A stretch of 64,000 bases of DNA. Origin: Azolla caroliniana. Lineage: Eukaryota; Plantae; Polypodiophyta. The stretch is taken from assembly GCA_043228905.1 (NCBI GenBank), contig JBHGNT010000021.1:4216001-4280000 (forward strand), read 5' to 3'. The position numbers were made by a program, and so were the translations under genes. This document shows positions 24,525-38,900 of this stretch, piece after piece. The notes below the pieces were generated by a model. That model saw only the letters and a list, made by a program, of their open reading frames with translations, ran no database searches and was not told the origin of the DNA. Every line of letters starts with the position of its first letter. Position 1 is the first letter of the stretch.

Positions 24525-24971
24525 CTACTTTGCCCTCTTTTTTCTATCCTTTTTGGACTTGTCTTCCTTTGTGCGCTTATCGCCATCTTTCTTTCGATGT
24601 TTCTTATCTTTTTTATCTCGCTTAACTTGAGCCAATAGAGCTAGAGCTTCTTCCACTGTTGTCACATTGTCAGGCAACTCAGATGTTTTCTTCTTATTGT
24701 TATTATTCAGTTCACCACCAAGATGTTTAGCATTCACTCCGCTTCCATGTGTCATCCATGCTGGCAAAACCATTGATCTGCCTCTTCCAAATCCAGGCTT
24801 TGTAGAGAGCACTTTACCTTGTGAAGATTCAATAGGCTCCTCTAACAATTCATCTTCTTCCTCAGGAATGAGCTCATAGGTTTTGTCTCCAGAAGCAAAA
24901 CATTCCGTCTTCAAGTGACCATGACCTCCACATCTTGAACAGACTACATTGTAAATTGCATCTAAAACAAG
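24525..24971 (-). CDS. ZCCHC17: ZCCHC17-like, exon 3 (zinc knuckle, Lys-rich tail)
   Basis: Acceptor ggtcag|CTT. Encodes CSRCGGHGHLKTEC, YELIPEE, GRGRSMVLPAWMT and a K-rich C-terminus. Total 483 aa. Confidence 0.88.
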   Translation of the reverse strand, partial: LVLDAIYNVVCSRCGGHGHLKTECFASGDKTYELIPEEEDELLEEPIESSQGKVLSTKPGFGRGRSMVLPAWMTHGSGVNAKHLGGELNNNNKKKTSELPDNVTTVEEALALLAQVKRDKKDKKHRKKDGDKRTKEDKSKKDRKKRAK

Positions 24972-25137
24972 CTGACCATGAGGAAAAATGACAAGGATTC
25001 AGATATAAGCACGTAAGACTATTGAGATGGATTTCATAGTTTACAAATGGTATGTGTAGTACTCTTTAAATTCCTAACTAAGTGTGAGTTAAAAAACGAA
25101 ACTAGAAATTGACAGGGTCACATAAATCAACGCTTAC

Positions 25138-25371
25138 TCTCTTGGGATCTGATCGGCTTCCCTTAGACTTTTGCTGTTGGTCAAGTTTTACATTGCTTGG
25201 ATCTAGATCCTTTCCTGTGCTTTGAGATACTAGTTTCAAAGAACATCCGATTTTCACATTACCACCTTCATCTTTCAATGATATCACTTTCACCCACACC
25301 TCATCACCTTCAGATGCAATGGTTCCTATAGCTTGCACCTTCACTTCATCTGAATCCTCCCTGTCTGTCAC
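25138..25371 (-). CDS. ZCCHC17: ZCCHC17-like, exon 2 (end of S1 domain)
   Basis: Acceptor ctcag|GTG and donor AGA|GTAAGC. Encodes GDEVWVKVISL..KIGCSLKLVSQSTGKDLDP. Confidence 0.88.
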
Positions 25372-25806
25372 CTGAGAGTTATGTTATCTCGAGATTCTTA
25401 TTGATGTATTAGGTTTGGTATTTTTATTGATGATTCACATCGAGATCCTTTCATTGTATTTCTTTTTGAGAATGTTATGGAGTCTTATATGTGAAATAGT
25501 TCTAATCTGCACGTACACATTAACTATAAGAGAGAACTTAATAGAATACTAAAGAGAGTAATGGAAATCCAAAATTCTTACTAATATAGTCTTGAGATTC
25601 TTATCGGTTTATTAGATTTTGAACATTTTCATTGAAATTAACGATGAAATATGTTCCTCATATGCATCTTGATGTTGAACTTGAATTGATAACTTCACAA
25701 TTTATATCATGCTCATTGAAAATATATATTAAATATGGTCCATTATCTAGATAGTCATATTTTAGCTTAAATTAAAAACTTTATAATATATTGGGAAGAA
25801 GCAAAC

Positions 25807-26577
25807 CTCATGGTCACTAAGATGTGATACATGAACCAGCCCTTGCTTGAAAAAGCCTTCGATTCGGACAAAAATACCAAAAGGCCTAATAGATTGAACC
25901 TTTGCTCTGTAGATAGAATAAAGATCAGGCAAATTTTGGTCATTTGGGCTAGAATCACCATATCGATGTGCAAATCTATCTTTTTCTGTATTTCCACTAC
26001 TCTTCATCCCATGTTTAAATCTATCATCCCCAAAGTCATCTTCTCTTTTCCTGCCACAATGTCTTTCTTCACCAGAATCATCTTCTCTTTTCCTGGTATA
26101 TCGTTTTCCTTCTCCAAAATCAGTTTCTCTTTTCTCTCTATAATGTCTTTCTTCACGAAAATCTTCCTCTCTTTGCCTACTATAATGCCTTTCTTCATGG
26201 TCTCTACTACGGTAAGAACTTGCTTTCTTTACAAGGGACTCTTCATCTCTACTTATTCTGCTTCCATCATCTTTCCTTTTCCGACCATGTCCCTCATCAT
26301 ATCTGTCTCTGTCTCTGTCTCTGCCTTTGTTATCCCTGTTTTCTCTGTCTCTAATATCCTCGATCGGAAGCTTCTGATAAGAGATTTTTCTTCGATCAAT
26401 ACGTCTTTTACTTTCATCCTCACTGTCCGAGATACCGTGCCTATCTTTCTCACTGTTTCCGGAATCGATTCTGCCGGAAGTCCGAGAAGACCCCTGTGGC
26501 GGAGAAAGAGAGGGGCTTCTTCTTAGTCGTCCGTCTCGACGTCTCCGTTCGTCATCTGCTTCTCTGTCGCCCGCCAT
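25807..26577 (-). CDS. ZCCHC17: S1 RNA-binding + CCHC zinc-knuckle protein (ZCCHC17/pNO40-like), exon 1
   Basis: RD/RE/RS-rich N-terminus, then S1 domain start LPDLYSIYRAKVQSIRPFGIFVRI..GLVHVSHLS. Phase-0 donor GAG|GTTTGC. Confidence 0.88.
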
Positions 26578-26699
26578 CGCTACTTGATCGACCTTCTGTT
26601 ACAAACACTGTTTTATTATTTTTATTATTATTATTATTTTTTAAAAACAGAAATGCAGAAAAAATGGGATGGCTTTTTCTTTTGGGACTCTCTTCTAGG

Positions 26700-26815
26700 A
26701 ATGTAATGTAATGTGATGAAATGCAATGAAATGTTATGTAATGCAATGAAATCTTATGTAATGTAATGTAATGTGATGAAATGCAATGAAATGTTATGTA
26801 ATGGAATGGAATGTG
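26700..26815. repeat. Degenerate pentamer satellite (AATGT/GAAAT) with a 60-bp duplication, just upstream of the ZCCHC17-like gene
   Basis: atgtaatgtaatgtgatgaaatgcaatgaaatgttatgtaatg occurs twice. Confidence 0.8.
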
Positions 26816-27901
26816 ATAAGAGTGCACCACACTGGCTCGACCATTTCATTATCGATCGTACCTTGGATCTAAATAGAGCAAACATTACTTCCGGCTCGGG
26901 TTGTTGCGAAACCCCATACATACATACATCCCTTGCAAGAATAGTTACAAAAGAAAATTCCCTTTAGAAAACAGGGTTTACAACGTGATCGCAAAATGAT
27001 AGTGACTATGAGAAGCGTTTATGATGGTTGTAATGGAGGTAGACCGGTAAAGCTTATGGCAAGGATCCACCTACGATCAATGGCTACTCCACCTCTTGTT
27101 GATCTGGGGCCTCGTGCCACTTCAAGCTTCCTTCCTTGACCAATGGACCGAACTGACTTCTAACTTCAATGTATAACCTTACCATTTAGCTATAAACATT
27201 TCACACTTCTGGCTTTATGAAGGGGAATCGTTACGAATGGGAGTTTGCTAAGCTCAATGACTGCAAGTGTGACATGGTCCATGGAAGAAGCTCATCAAGT
27301 CTAGAAGAAGGCATGTAAGTTCATTCTACATGAAGGAAACCTATGAAAGCACTATAAGAAGCGGAAACGAGCACCACTGCGGGTTGTAATGTATGTACTA
27401 GGATGTGGCACACATCAAAGGGATATGTGACGATTGTGAACTCCATTCAAACATGCGTCACAGATATGGACTTCATGCAACTTACTCCTTAATAATGTAC
27501 TCCAAATGTCTAATTAAATTGTGTGATGCCCACGGGACTATGGTAGATGAAGTACTTGGTGCTCGCAATGGAGGACCTTAGAATCTAGTGGAAGGACAAG
27601 TATTAAGGAATAATAAAACTACATATGGGTGTAAATTTTTTCTTGAAGACGATGCCATTTACCAATACAAACATACGAGCAAGATCATGAGAGATTTGGA
27701 TTTTCACAAAGAAAAGGACATCTTCTTACGACTAGGGGTCAAACAGTCTCTCACAAAAGCTTATAACCTTAAGTTCAACAAAAGGTGGAATAAGTGCATG
27801 GTCTTATCATCAAGGCACTATTCAAAGTTTGTGAAGGATAGGTGATTGTCTGTGGTTATTGCCTTATGCCTAGTCGGCTAACAAGATTATCCATGGCATG
27901 A

Positions 27902-28511
27902 TGTTGTGATTTGTGAAATGTAAAGAAATGAAGAGAAAAAGAGAAGTCATTATGAAAATATTTGGCTTAGTAATTAAGGGTTTTTAATTTTAGGAGAAGA
28001 TGTAGGGTTCAAATCCTGGCATGTGTGTGTGGGCGCTAGCTACCTTTCTTTTAACATGTTGATGGAAGGCGAGTGTGTGCACATTTAATGCAATGCATGA
28101 GACTCTTCTCCCACTATAAAAAGGGGAGTTGAGGGTTAAGTTTGGGGTTGGGCATTTTAAGGTGTTTTTGGTGTTCAAACTTCAAAGGTTGAGGGGCCTT
28201 TACTTTTTAGGTTTATGGTTTCAAATTTTCATCTATGTTCTTCGCCTTCTTGTTCTTATTGCTTGGGGGTTTAGGTTAGGTGTGATGGAGTGCTAGAGTG
28301 GAGTTGGACTACCTCTCCTTCATCGTTTTCCTATTTTTGTTTGGGTTTGGGTGAGACCGTGTTTAAGGTTTCGTCTTGCTTGAAGAGGTGGTGGAAGGAG
28401 GAACTAAGGGTAGAGAAAGGAGGCAGACCGAAAGAGGGCATTTAGAGTCACAACAACAAAAAGTGTGGTGACCATTGTTCATGAGCTACTCGAAGTCCTT
28501 CCTCCACATCA
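27902..28511 (+). mobile_element. Probable degenerate solo LTR
   Basis: Starts TGTTGTGA and has an actataaaaaggggagt TATA block like the A LTRs. Contains tRNA-like A/B boxes at ~27962-28020. End approximate. Confidence 0.4.
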
Positions 28512-31500
28512 TAATCCTTGTTCCATTGTAATGACTATTGTAAACACTTTCAAAGCCACTATTGTAATTAATTCTACTCGCTTTGCAATAATATCTTGTA
28601 AAATCTACTTTTTTTTTCTATTAAAACTAGAGTTTTGGGTCTTAATCTTGACCTTTATGTAATAGACAAGTGTACTTAGCCCTAATCCTACGGTAACTAC
28701 TTGAGTGCTTATGTGGTGAGAGATAAAGAGAGATAGATTCTAATATTCTCTTCAAAGATCCAATATGACCTATGATACCAAAATATTACATTTCAAGTGA
28801 TATGCGTGAAAGTGAGTAACAATTGTCAATGTTTAAGAAGTTTACCAATGAATGTTGCAATCGAGAGTCCACATTCTCATTGTGATAGAAATTTGTGCAA
28901 GGATTGGGTTTGCTCGAAGATGTGTGGAAAGCATAATCAAAGATAGAGCATTGTATCAAAGTGTGGTACTCAGATTCCCAAACTTGTTTTGGGCAAAATG
29001 TACATAGTCGATCATTCTCATCACTTGTGCCCCAACATGTTGTCTCACACCACAATGACTGTGAGCTAAGTCACATGAAAGCAATGGTTTAGATAGCATA
29101 CAATGGGATGGGCTCTAACATGTATAGACGTGTATAGTTTCCTTGTTCGACAAAGAATATGGTTTTATAGTTAGGTGCAACAAGTGTAGTATAATGTTTG
29201 AAGCCTCCACATTTTTCATATGTCATGATAAACTCGTTGCAAAAAGGCCTCATTTGTAGAGGAATCTAGTGACGCATCATGAAGCAAGTGTGTTACATCC
29301 CATCTTTCAAACAATTTTTCCATATCTTGCATCCAACTGAACACAAAATTTTGCTTTTATGTGTCTTTTGGATCTTTTTGCTTGCTTCCCAATTCTAGGA
29401 AGTCGATATGTATGACATTTGTTTCTTAACTTGTAGAAACTTTGTAAGAACATGATTTTGGCAATTTTCAAACTCTTTCCAAGTATATTTAGGGAAGCTA
29501 CACCCCATAATGAAGCACCTATGTCACCAAAGTGTCAAAAATGTATTTCTTGAGGTCCCAACAAATTCATGATTGCATGTATTCTCAAATGCAATCATGA
29601 TTTTTGTCGAAAATATATTTCTTGAGGACTTAATTTCTCCATGATTGTATGTGTTCTCAAGTGCATAATAAGCTCCCTTTCCTGCCTCTAAGCGACGAGT
29701 AGCACATTCATTCCATCTATGATTTGAAGGAACTTCAAGGACAAGCTATTTGAAGCTTTCCACACATTCAAGTGGTGCATTATTATACATAATGCATGGT
29801 TTATCTTTTTTTTGGCTCTTTACGGGCATAATCTTTGTTTTAGAGTTGTTGACACTTGATTTAGTATACACTCAATTTTTTTCCAATGGTTTCATAATTT
29901 GTGCATCTCTTAAAGTATTTGAAAAAAGTGCTATGTCATCCGCACATAATAAAAACATGATGACTACCTTCCCAATGACAACTTCAACGCATTCTTCCTT
30001 TGCAAACTTGGTAGCCATTTCTTCCAATTTAACTATGCATAGACCATATAGAGTTTGTGAGAGTGGGCATCCTTGCTTAACACCAATAGTGCCATTGAAA
30101 AAATCTAAAAGTCTATTACCCATATGCACATGACATGTAACTTTCTCATAGATCCGGGAAATTGCAAGTACATATTCTCTTGGCACCTCGAGTTCTTCCA
30201 TTTGCCTCAAAAGATGCTTACGAGGTACCATATCAAAAGCTTTCCTGAAGTCTACAAAGCAACAATATAAACCTTTACCTCTCAACTGGCTTTCCACCGT
30301 TATTACTCGAAGGATGATAAGGTGATCGATATTGCTATGATGTTTTCGAATGTCAGCTTATCCATAAGCTCTCTTACCATTTCTTTTTCAACCCATGCAC
30401 TTATCTTTGATTCCATTATATACCCAAATAGTTTTGCCATTAGTGAGCCAACCATGTTTGAGGTTCAATAATTATTTACATCTCCACCTTTATGTAAAGG
30501 TTTGATCTAATTTGTAGTCCAATTGTAGAGCATGCCATGTTGTCTTGGAATACATGACCGTTTTTTTAAGGTTCATGCTCAAGGGTGGTTGTTTATTATC
30601 TTCAATGGCCTTCTCATAATCAAACCTATACATACATTTGAGGTCAATACATAAAATCCTATGATCAAATCCAAAATACCTTTGGAAAGTAGCACATAGT
30701 CAATCACTCTATTTTCATTGTGTTTTCTACATGTAAAACCATTAGCATTGGGCCATAAGGATAAACCATTTGCAATAAGCATTCCGTTACTATTGCACAT
30801 TTGTAGGAATAACTTCCCAATTTGGTCCAAATATTTCTCATCAATAGAAGAGAGACTATACGTTTGAATATCCTCTTGCATCCTTGAGATATGTGGCATG
30901 AAAGATTTTAGCACATCAAGTTGGAAACTTCTTATATGGGCATTCCTGTCACCAAAAGACAATAACTGCCCCTTCGGATTTGAAATAAGCAATATCATCT
31001 TCTAGATTGAAAAAATGTTGGTCTTTATCCAAATAAGCATAAAAGTTAGAAACTTGATGAGGAATGTAACATCCAACTACAAAAGTTGGCAAATCAGTTG
31101 GGGTTTCTATTTCGAGCCATATGCAACATTTATGTTCATCATTTTTTATGATGAACACATACTTCTCTATTTCCTTCTTAATAAAACATACCACCCCTCA
31201 TTGTCCTCTTAGTTGTCTTCGATTTTTCAATCATATCAAAGAGTGTACATTATAATTTCTAAATCTTGAATCCTTTGAGTATCATGCTTCCATGCATAGA
31301 TTGACATATTCGCATTCGTGGGCATTCCCATTCGAATGCAAACGAATACGAATAAGAATGGGAAGTCAAGTATTCGTGTTTTTTTTTTTTTGAGAAAAAG
31401 TGTATTCAAAGAGTAGTGAACAAAGAACGGTCTACAGGGATCAGAGAATAGCTAAAACAACGAACAACGAACGACGAACAGCCTACAACGAGTAGTGAAT

Positions 31501-31868
31501 CGTGATAAGTACCTTGAAGGCAGAAAATTAGGGTTCGGCTATGTCCTTGTCTCTTCTATGTGATGCCTAATTCTCACCTCCTCTTGCATCTTGTTCCCTA
31601 AAAATTAGGGTTTGGCTGAAATTGATGTTGATGTCACTTTGAAATCAGTAAGTCTCTCTTCTCGATTCTCATCTATTTCTTCTTTATTCAAGCTTTTGTT
31701 CAGAAATTATGTTTGATGATTGAGATTACGTTTCCCTTGTATCTCATGTTGAATTTTTTTTATGTTACATCAGATTAATCTCTCCCAAAACCAGTGGAAG
31801 GTAATTAGCTTATTAACAGTGTGAAATTTCTGTTGATTATTGACACTTCCAGAGGTTAATTTACTAAA

Positions 31869-33916
31869 ATGGTGAAGCAAAAGGCCTTTGAATGGGATCA
31901 TGTGACCATTGTGCGAAAACATTGCCCGTTGTTCAATGCAAACATTGCCAACATGTATTTGTTGGTGGTCCCTTCCGAATTAGAGCTCACCTATTGGGCA
32001 CGAAAGGTTTCGGTGTTGACAAATGCCGTCGAATTGATGTTATCAAAAAAGTTGAAGTACAAAAAATGATATCTAATACTAGTTATGCAAATGTTGATGT
32101 CGATGGGGGATCATCAATGAAATGCAATGCTGAAAAAAGTAGTGCAAATGTTGATGTTGTGGAGTCAGCATCTATCAATGAAATGCTTTCATCATCTTTT
32201 GTCAATGCATCAACAAATAAAAAGATGAAAGTAGACAATGGTGAACCCTTGAAAGTGTCATGGCGAAAACAACTTGATAAAAATGCTGATGAAGCTATTA
32301 GGAGGTTTTTTTTTGTAGAGGATGTACCAGATGTAAAAGCGGGAAGTGCATATTTTCATGACCTAATAAAAGCCGTAGCACTTGCTGGGCCTTCTTATAA
32401 GCCACCATCTCCTAATCAATTACATAGAAGGCACTTGAATGAAGAGGTGAATTATGTTAAAAATGAGATTATCTGAATTAGAGAAAAATGGAACATTGTT
32501 GGATGTACGATTGTAAGTGATGGTTGGTCAGATACAAAGTATAGACCTATAATTAATGTCATGGCTACTTCGGCATATGGCACTGTGTTTCTGAAATCAG
32601 TTGACACTAGTGGAGAATGTAAATCAGGAGAGTATATTTTTAAGATTTTGAAAGAGGTTATTCTTGATATTGGCCCATCAAATGTTGTGCAAGTTTGTAT
32701 GGACAATGCAACAAATTGTGTGGCAGCTGGGAGGATGATAGAAAAAGAGTGGCCCATGATCTTTTTTACTAGATGCACATGTCACTGCCTTGATTTGTTG
32801 TTTGAAGATATTGGAAAATGTGCTTGGGTTCATGATGTTATGAAATTAGCTACAAAGCTAATCGTCTTTATCACACGAAAACAACATTCTTTGGCAATGT
32901 TTCGTAAGTTTAGTGAGAAAGAATTGTTAAAGCCTTCCACTACTAGGTTTGCCTATAGTTTTATCATGCTTTCAAACTTATTGGATGATGGAGTCAAAGG
33001 GGGATTAAGAAGAATGGTGGTTAGTGAACAATGGTGTCAATGGAAAGGATCGAAAACACAACAAGGAGAAGAAATAGTTTCAATTGTACTTGATGCTTCC
33101 TTTTGGGCAAATATGAAGAAGATAGTAAAGATATGCAAGCCAATCCTAAAAGTTCTTAGATTGGCGGATAGAGAAGGAGCAACCATGGGTTTAATTTATG
33201 AATGTACTCAACATATGATAGAAGAAATAAACCACATTGAAGATGTAGATCATATAATGCTTGATGAAATTAAAGAAATATGTATGCAAAGATGGACAAT
33301 GTTACAATCACCATTGCATGCAACCGGCTTTATTTTGCATCCAATTTGGAGAGAAAAAATTCAAGAGATTGATGATAAGGTCAATACAAGTTGGATGGAA
33401 ACTATTATGCGTTATACTAATGGTGATATAAATCTATGTAGTGTTTTATTGAATGAATTCTTTGCTTATAGAACTCAAGAAAAAAGTACATTTCAAATTC
33501 CTATGGCAAATGATCCAACTATGATGCATAATGCAATTAAGTGGTGGGAAACATTTGGAGCATGTACTCCAAACTTAAAAAGACTTGCAATTCGTGTGCT
33601 TTCTCAAGGTTCATGTGCATCTTCTTGTGAAAGAAATTGGAGCACATTCTCATCGATACATACAAAAAAAAGAAATAGATTGACCCATGCTCATGTTCAG
33701 AAATTGGTTTATATACATACAAATCATAATCTCATTAGAAGAATAAGGGAAACAGGATTATGCCTCACTGAAGTAACATTGGATATGATCAACAAAGAAG
33801 ATGATGACGAGAGGCTTTTGAGAATGCAAAACCAAGCTATTAATGAAAATGACGAAGTCGATGAGGATATTATTGATGAGCTTGAAGATATGGATGATGA
33901 ATATGATAGTGCGTAG
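31869..33916 (+). pseudogene. hAT transposase (BED finger, DUF659-type DDE, hATC dimerisation domain) with one early frameshift and one premature TGA
   Basis: CKHC..RIRAHL, TIVSDGWSD, QVCMDNA, CTCHCLDL, TRF, WWETFG..L.RLAIRVLSQ..SSCERNWS. In-frame TGA at 32474-32476. Confidence 0.92.
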
Positions 33917-34013
33917 AGGCTTTTGAGAATGCAAAACCAAGCTATTGATGGAAACAATGAAGTCCATGAGGAAATTATTGATGAGCTTGAAGATATGGAT
34001 GATGAATATGATA
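33810..34013 (+). repeat. 105-bp tandem duplication of the transposase 3' end
   Basis: agaggcttttgagaatgcaaaaccaagctatt...gaatatgatag occurs twice. Confidence 0.9.
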
Positions 34014-35569
34014 GACTATAGTGCATAGGCTCTTAAATTTAAAAGTGTTAATTAGAATTTAGAACTTAGAATTTAGAAATTAGAATCTAATGGTTTATAA
34101 ACTCTTTAGTTAACTTTTCTTATGCCCATGTGATTTTAAATGCCTTTTGTATTTCTATTAATGAGTGATTGTTTTTTTTTAGTGAATTAATTCATTTTTA
34201 TTATGTAAATTTATTTAAAAAAACAAATGGTTTTCTAATATTCTTGGGGCCATTTTCTATTCTCGAATATTGAGAATATGGAGAATGGAGAATATGGCGA
34301 ATATGACGCATGTGTCAATTTATGCTTCCATGTTTCAACAAGAATTATGATATTTGAGTTATTGGCGAACTCCTCTATGGCAAATACTGCATTCCATAGG
34401 TATCCATTGCAATTTCAAAAGCATAGTCGTAGAAAACGTGGATTAGTCCCATAGGTCACGTGTCCCTATTTGCAATTCCTAGAGAGAGAGAGAGAGTGCG
34501 TGAGGTTGATTCATGGTGTCGGCGAAAGTAGAAGGATTTCCTTGACTCGAGCCTATTAAGCGTCCTCAATTCAAGCCTAAGATTTCCTTGACTCGAGCCT
34601 AGGTTTCCTCACCTCAAATTTAAAGCTTTCCTCAACTCGAGTCTTACCCCGACTTGAATCAAATATTTGAACTTGACAATGCTATTTCACAAAAAGGAGA
34701 TAATTACTACTAGCAACCAATGAAAGCGGTTTAAAAGTCTTCTCGCACAACATCACGCCCTCCCTACTTCAGGTTCCCTTGCATGGTCCTATTTGAGAAG
34801 CACATGCATTCATGACAACGATGACTAAATACATGCAAAAATAAAACTCATGTATGGCCAAAAACATGTTATCCCCATTGAGCAATCAATCAAATCATGG
34901 GCAACTATAACATGAACAAAAGAGTTGGTAGGGGGAACTCCTTCCAAAAGAATTAGACAACTCAAAAAACGACATGAAGACATTGAGATCATAGTTACAT
35001 GAAGAATAAGGAGTGGTTTGATCATGAACACCAACATATAAAGAAACATTTCCCACAAATAACCTATTTCTTCAACTCCATGCAAGACCTTGTTCATCAT
35101 GTGAAGAATTGTCAAACCTAGCCATCATGGAAATGACCATCCTATGAAGAATTGTATTGTACAAACATTGCATGATGAACTAATATGCCAAGCTATCAAG
35201 TGAGGAACCGTTCCCATCATGTGTAGAACATCCCAAAGCATCATTGAAGGCTACCATCATGGCAACCATTGTTGTCAAGACCTACGATTATAATGAGGAA
35301 ATGCACTATTGCGACAACGTGCACCTTTAAAATCCTTTCTCCAACCTTTATCCTACCCCTATTCTTTCATGATTTTCGCAAACAATAAAAAATTGAATTG
35401 AGCTTTTATAATCTTGGCTTCCATGCACATATATTAATCCATGATCAAGAATCTTTGTTTCAATTCAACCCACAAGTATTTATGGCTCCCCGAGGATAAT
35501 TGAGTGAGATCCTAAGTGTCAAACAAAGAAGTTTTGATCCATCTCCATGTCCACGATCTTCACCATCAC

Positions 35570-35830
35570 TTTTGGCTCGATTGATTTAGAATTACTTATT
35601 TAAATATGATTGAGTCACATCTTACTTGATTGAGTTGTTCTTAATTTTATTGAGTCAAGTTTGACTTGATTGAGTCACTTCTGAGTCCTAATTTGATTGA
35701 GTCACGTTTGTTTCGATGCATTAAGTCTAACTTGATTGAGTCATGACTAATTATACTTACTCAATTGAGTCATTTCTACCTCGACCGAGTCACAGATGAT
35801 TAGGTTACTCAATTGAGTCACATGTGTTGA
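35570..35830. repeat. Degenerate short repeat array of TTGAGTCA motifs
   Basis: About ten (a)ttgagtca copies spaced 15-35 bp apart. Confidence 0.7.
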
Positions 35831-35949
35831 TTTTCAATGCAATTAATGCTCTTAAAGTAGATTAAGGAATAAAAATATTCCTTAAAGATTTTAGTTAAGA
35901 TAGGTAGACTTGTAATTAAAAGTTAAATGGCCTATTAAACAGAAATAAA

Positions 35950-38900
35950 CAAAAATAAGCCAGAAAAATGAGTCGAAGTGTACATATTGGGACTCGGCTT
36001 CTCATGCTATTGACAATACATTTTGGCTACTAGATCCATAGAATTGGTGATATGTTTTGCAAGAACTTAAGTTTGATCATTTGGGGTATAGATTAACCAA
36101 TCCACAATGTTGCTTTTAATGCACAAGCTTGGAGTCCAAAATATACCCAACTTCAAAATTTGGGCCATCAACAAGTTGATTTAGAGATGGGGAAATGCAT
36201 GTGGATGGATCCAAAATGTAACGTCATTTATTTGATTGGAGATCACAAACAAACCAAGACATTGATAATCTAGCTTGTCACACGACCTAATGGTTTTTAC
36301 ATTATGTTGTAATAGTTCTACATGATTCGTAACTTGAAACTTAGGTTCCTCGAGTTGAGACAATGAAAATTTGCGCTCTTCTTATGTATTTCTTGAGCCT
36401 TAATGCAAATGGTGGGAAAGTTGAATTCAAATTTGTTGGAGTTGAGGTAGATGAACTCAAGAGTGAGATTCTTTTAGATTTCTAGATGTTTAAGCATTCT
36501 ACAATGAGGATGATAACCAATATTTACGAAAAGTAGAGTATATCCTTCTAAAAAACGAACTAAAATATTGTACATCTACAAATGCAACATGTCAATCCAA
36601 TCATCATGTTGGTAATTGATAAAACAATGCAGATAGAGTTCTAACGTCTAATTTGTACACTAAATTTGAATCACATTGAGGATGATAACTCAAGGAGAAA
36701 TTACAAGAAATTATGAGGATCTCTAGGAGAAACAAGTGTTTCCAAAATATCAAGATGAATTGTGGCCTATGATCACTAATTATATCATCAAGAAGGTCGT
36801 GATGTCTATATACTTCTCGCATAACCAGATCTAATATCATTTGACTGTTGATGGTCTTCATGTATTGAAGAAAATTTGTTGCCTTACTAATTGATCCGCC
36901 ACATTGAGAATGATATTGAAATGCTTGGAGATCTAGAATCAAATTTTCCAAAGAGATGGATTCATGAGGACCATCAAGAACTAGGAATGGTTGCAACAAC
37001 CCATGTGATCTATGTTGAGGAACCTTTATTTGAGAACATATCACAACTAGACATATGTTCGTTCAGGGAAGTTTCAGACCTACGAAAAGTTGTTCTAGAA
37101 AATGTTATTTAACTAACCTAGAACCAAGATCTATGGGGTCATGACAACTATACTATTGTTAGAGGGTTAGGTAAGAGTTGGAGTCAATCAACTCCTAAGC
37201 TTACTAGCATATATTAACAAACAAATAAAACAAACTCTAAACCTAATCCCTAAATGCAAATGCACAAATTAATCTTACTTAATCATCCTTAATTAGTTAA
37301 CGTCATTTATAAGGAAGGATACAAGAAAGGAAGAGACAAGCACGATCACTAACATTAGAGAGTCATCTCCGAGTTACGAGAGGCTTAAGCTCTAGCACAA
37401 GTTCTCTAAAATGATAAGTTGAAGGTTCCAAGACCTAAGCAAATTGATTTTATAATGCCCTTTGGCATTTTTAACTTTGAGCTATGAGTCTCTCTATTCT
37501 CTCATCTTTGCCTTCATTCATTTGTCTCTTTCCTTATTGCTACACTTGTTCCTTCATTTTTTATCAATGTGTTGATGTATGGGATTTAGTTCGCACTCCT
37601 CAACAAAATAGTGAAGCTTCGGCCACGAACTACTTTGAGTTACCAACTCTATATTCTTGTAAACTCCAATATGTCCTGACATTGGAGTATCATAGCAACC
37701 ATTATAGAAGATTGTTTTGAAAACATGGTTCATCATGCCATCTTATTATAATACACAAGGAGCTTTTTGGACCACAAGAAAGAAGAACATTTTAGAAGAA
37801 TATGATCAAATATATCTTGGGAAAAAACATACGTACATATTTTAGCATGGATGGAATCGAGAAAACACAACTTTGTAGGTACTACAGAGACATTGACTAC
37901 CATAAGTTCTAGGTGATCAGAGCATAAGAGGATGAATGGAGCAAAAGTAAAGGCTTGCTTCAAGATTCAAATGCCTTAGTTGCCCTTGAAGCCTAGTAAA
38001 TAGTTGTCTCTTCTATGTTAGATGTGTAAGGGGTACAAGTACAAAACTTGTGATACAAAATTTGTGAATCCCAAAAAGTATTGCTAACTTTGAACAAAAC
38101 ATGGTGTTTGCCAACCTAAAAAGTTTGAACCTTCGTTGGGTCCATAGAGATACCCTCTTGTGAGATTACATAGCCGAGAAACTCCACTTGGTCATGATTG
38201 AAGATCTACTTTTCAAGTTTAGCATAAAGATCATATTCTCGCAATTGTTGGAGAACTTGTTAAACATGGACATCATACTCCACTTGAGTCTTTGAATAGA
38301 TTTGGATATCATCTAAAATAACCATGGTGAATATGACCAAGAAGTCCTAAAAATGTCCATTTCCATATATTGAAAATTTGTTGGTTCATTGAGACCAAAA
38401 GACATAACTCTAATGCTCAAAATGTTCGTATCAAGTGAAAAAATGATTCTTTATTCATCTCCTAGGTGAATTTGCAGAAGGTTGCTTGCATTATGAAGAT
38501 CTAGCTTCATGAAGTATTTCGCTCCAGAAAACATTCTAAAAAGCTACAAATGAGTGGTAGAGCATATATTTTACAAATTGTGACCTTGTTGAATAGTTTT
38601 CAACTGGTTTTTCAAATGTTAGGTCAATCCATTCAACAAGTTCTCATCCATATATTTTTGAAGAACCTCAAGTTCGGATGGTGACAAATTATAGATTTGG
38701 GCCCATGGTGGATCTTTCCCCTTATCCAGATCAATAGAATAGTCATAAGGTCAATGGTCCAAAAGGTTACTAGTATTCACCTTATCAAAGATATCTACAA
38801 ACTCTTGATGTTGATTTGTTAATGAGATGTCTGTCTTCCATGAGCTAGGAGACTGAAGTTGTTGAAACTACAAATATGCACATTTCCTCTCTTCAACCTT

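Larger units (their letters stand above)
31295..34324 (+). mobile_element. hAT DNA transposon, 3030 bp
   Basis: TIRs CATAGATTGACA / TGTCAATTTATG (1 mismatch). Exact 8-bp TSD CTTCCATG at 31287-31294 and 34325-34332. Confidence 0.95.
28700..34420 (-). mobile_element. Degenerate LINE (APE endonuclease-RT-CCHC), interrupted by a hAT
   Basis: IIILVETW (split by the hAT), FVVGCYIP, IDYVL, CCFVDFRKAFD, GVKQGCPLS, LCADDIAL, C-terminal CTFC..ESEYHTLIQC. Confidence 0.85.

Noticed and set aside
25831-26526. 231-aa hydrophobic ORF antisense to ZCCHC17-like exon 1
   Set aside because: Mirror of the R/E/D-rich sense exon.
26950-27850. Possible decayed coding or TE sequence
   Set aside because: No identifiable motif by eye.
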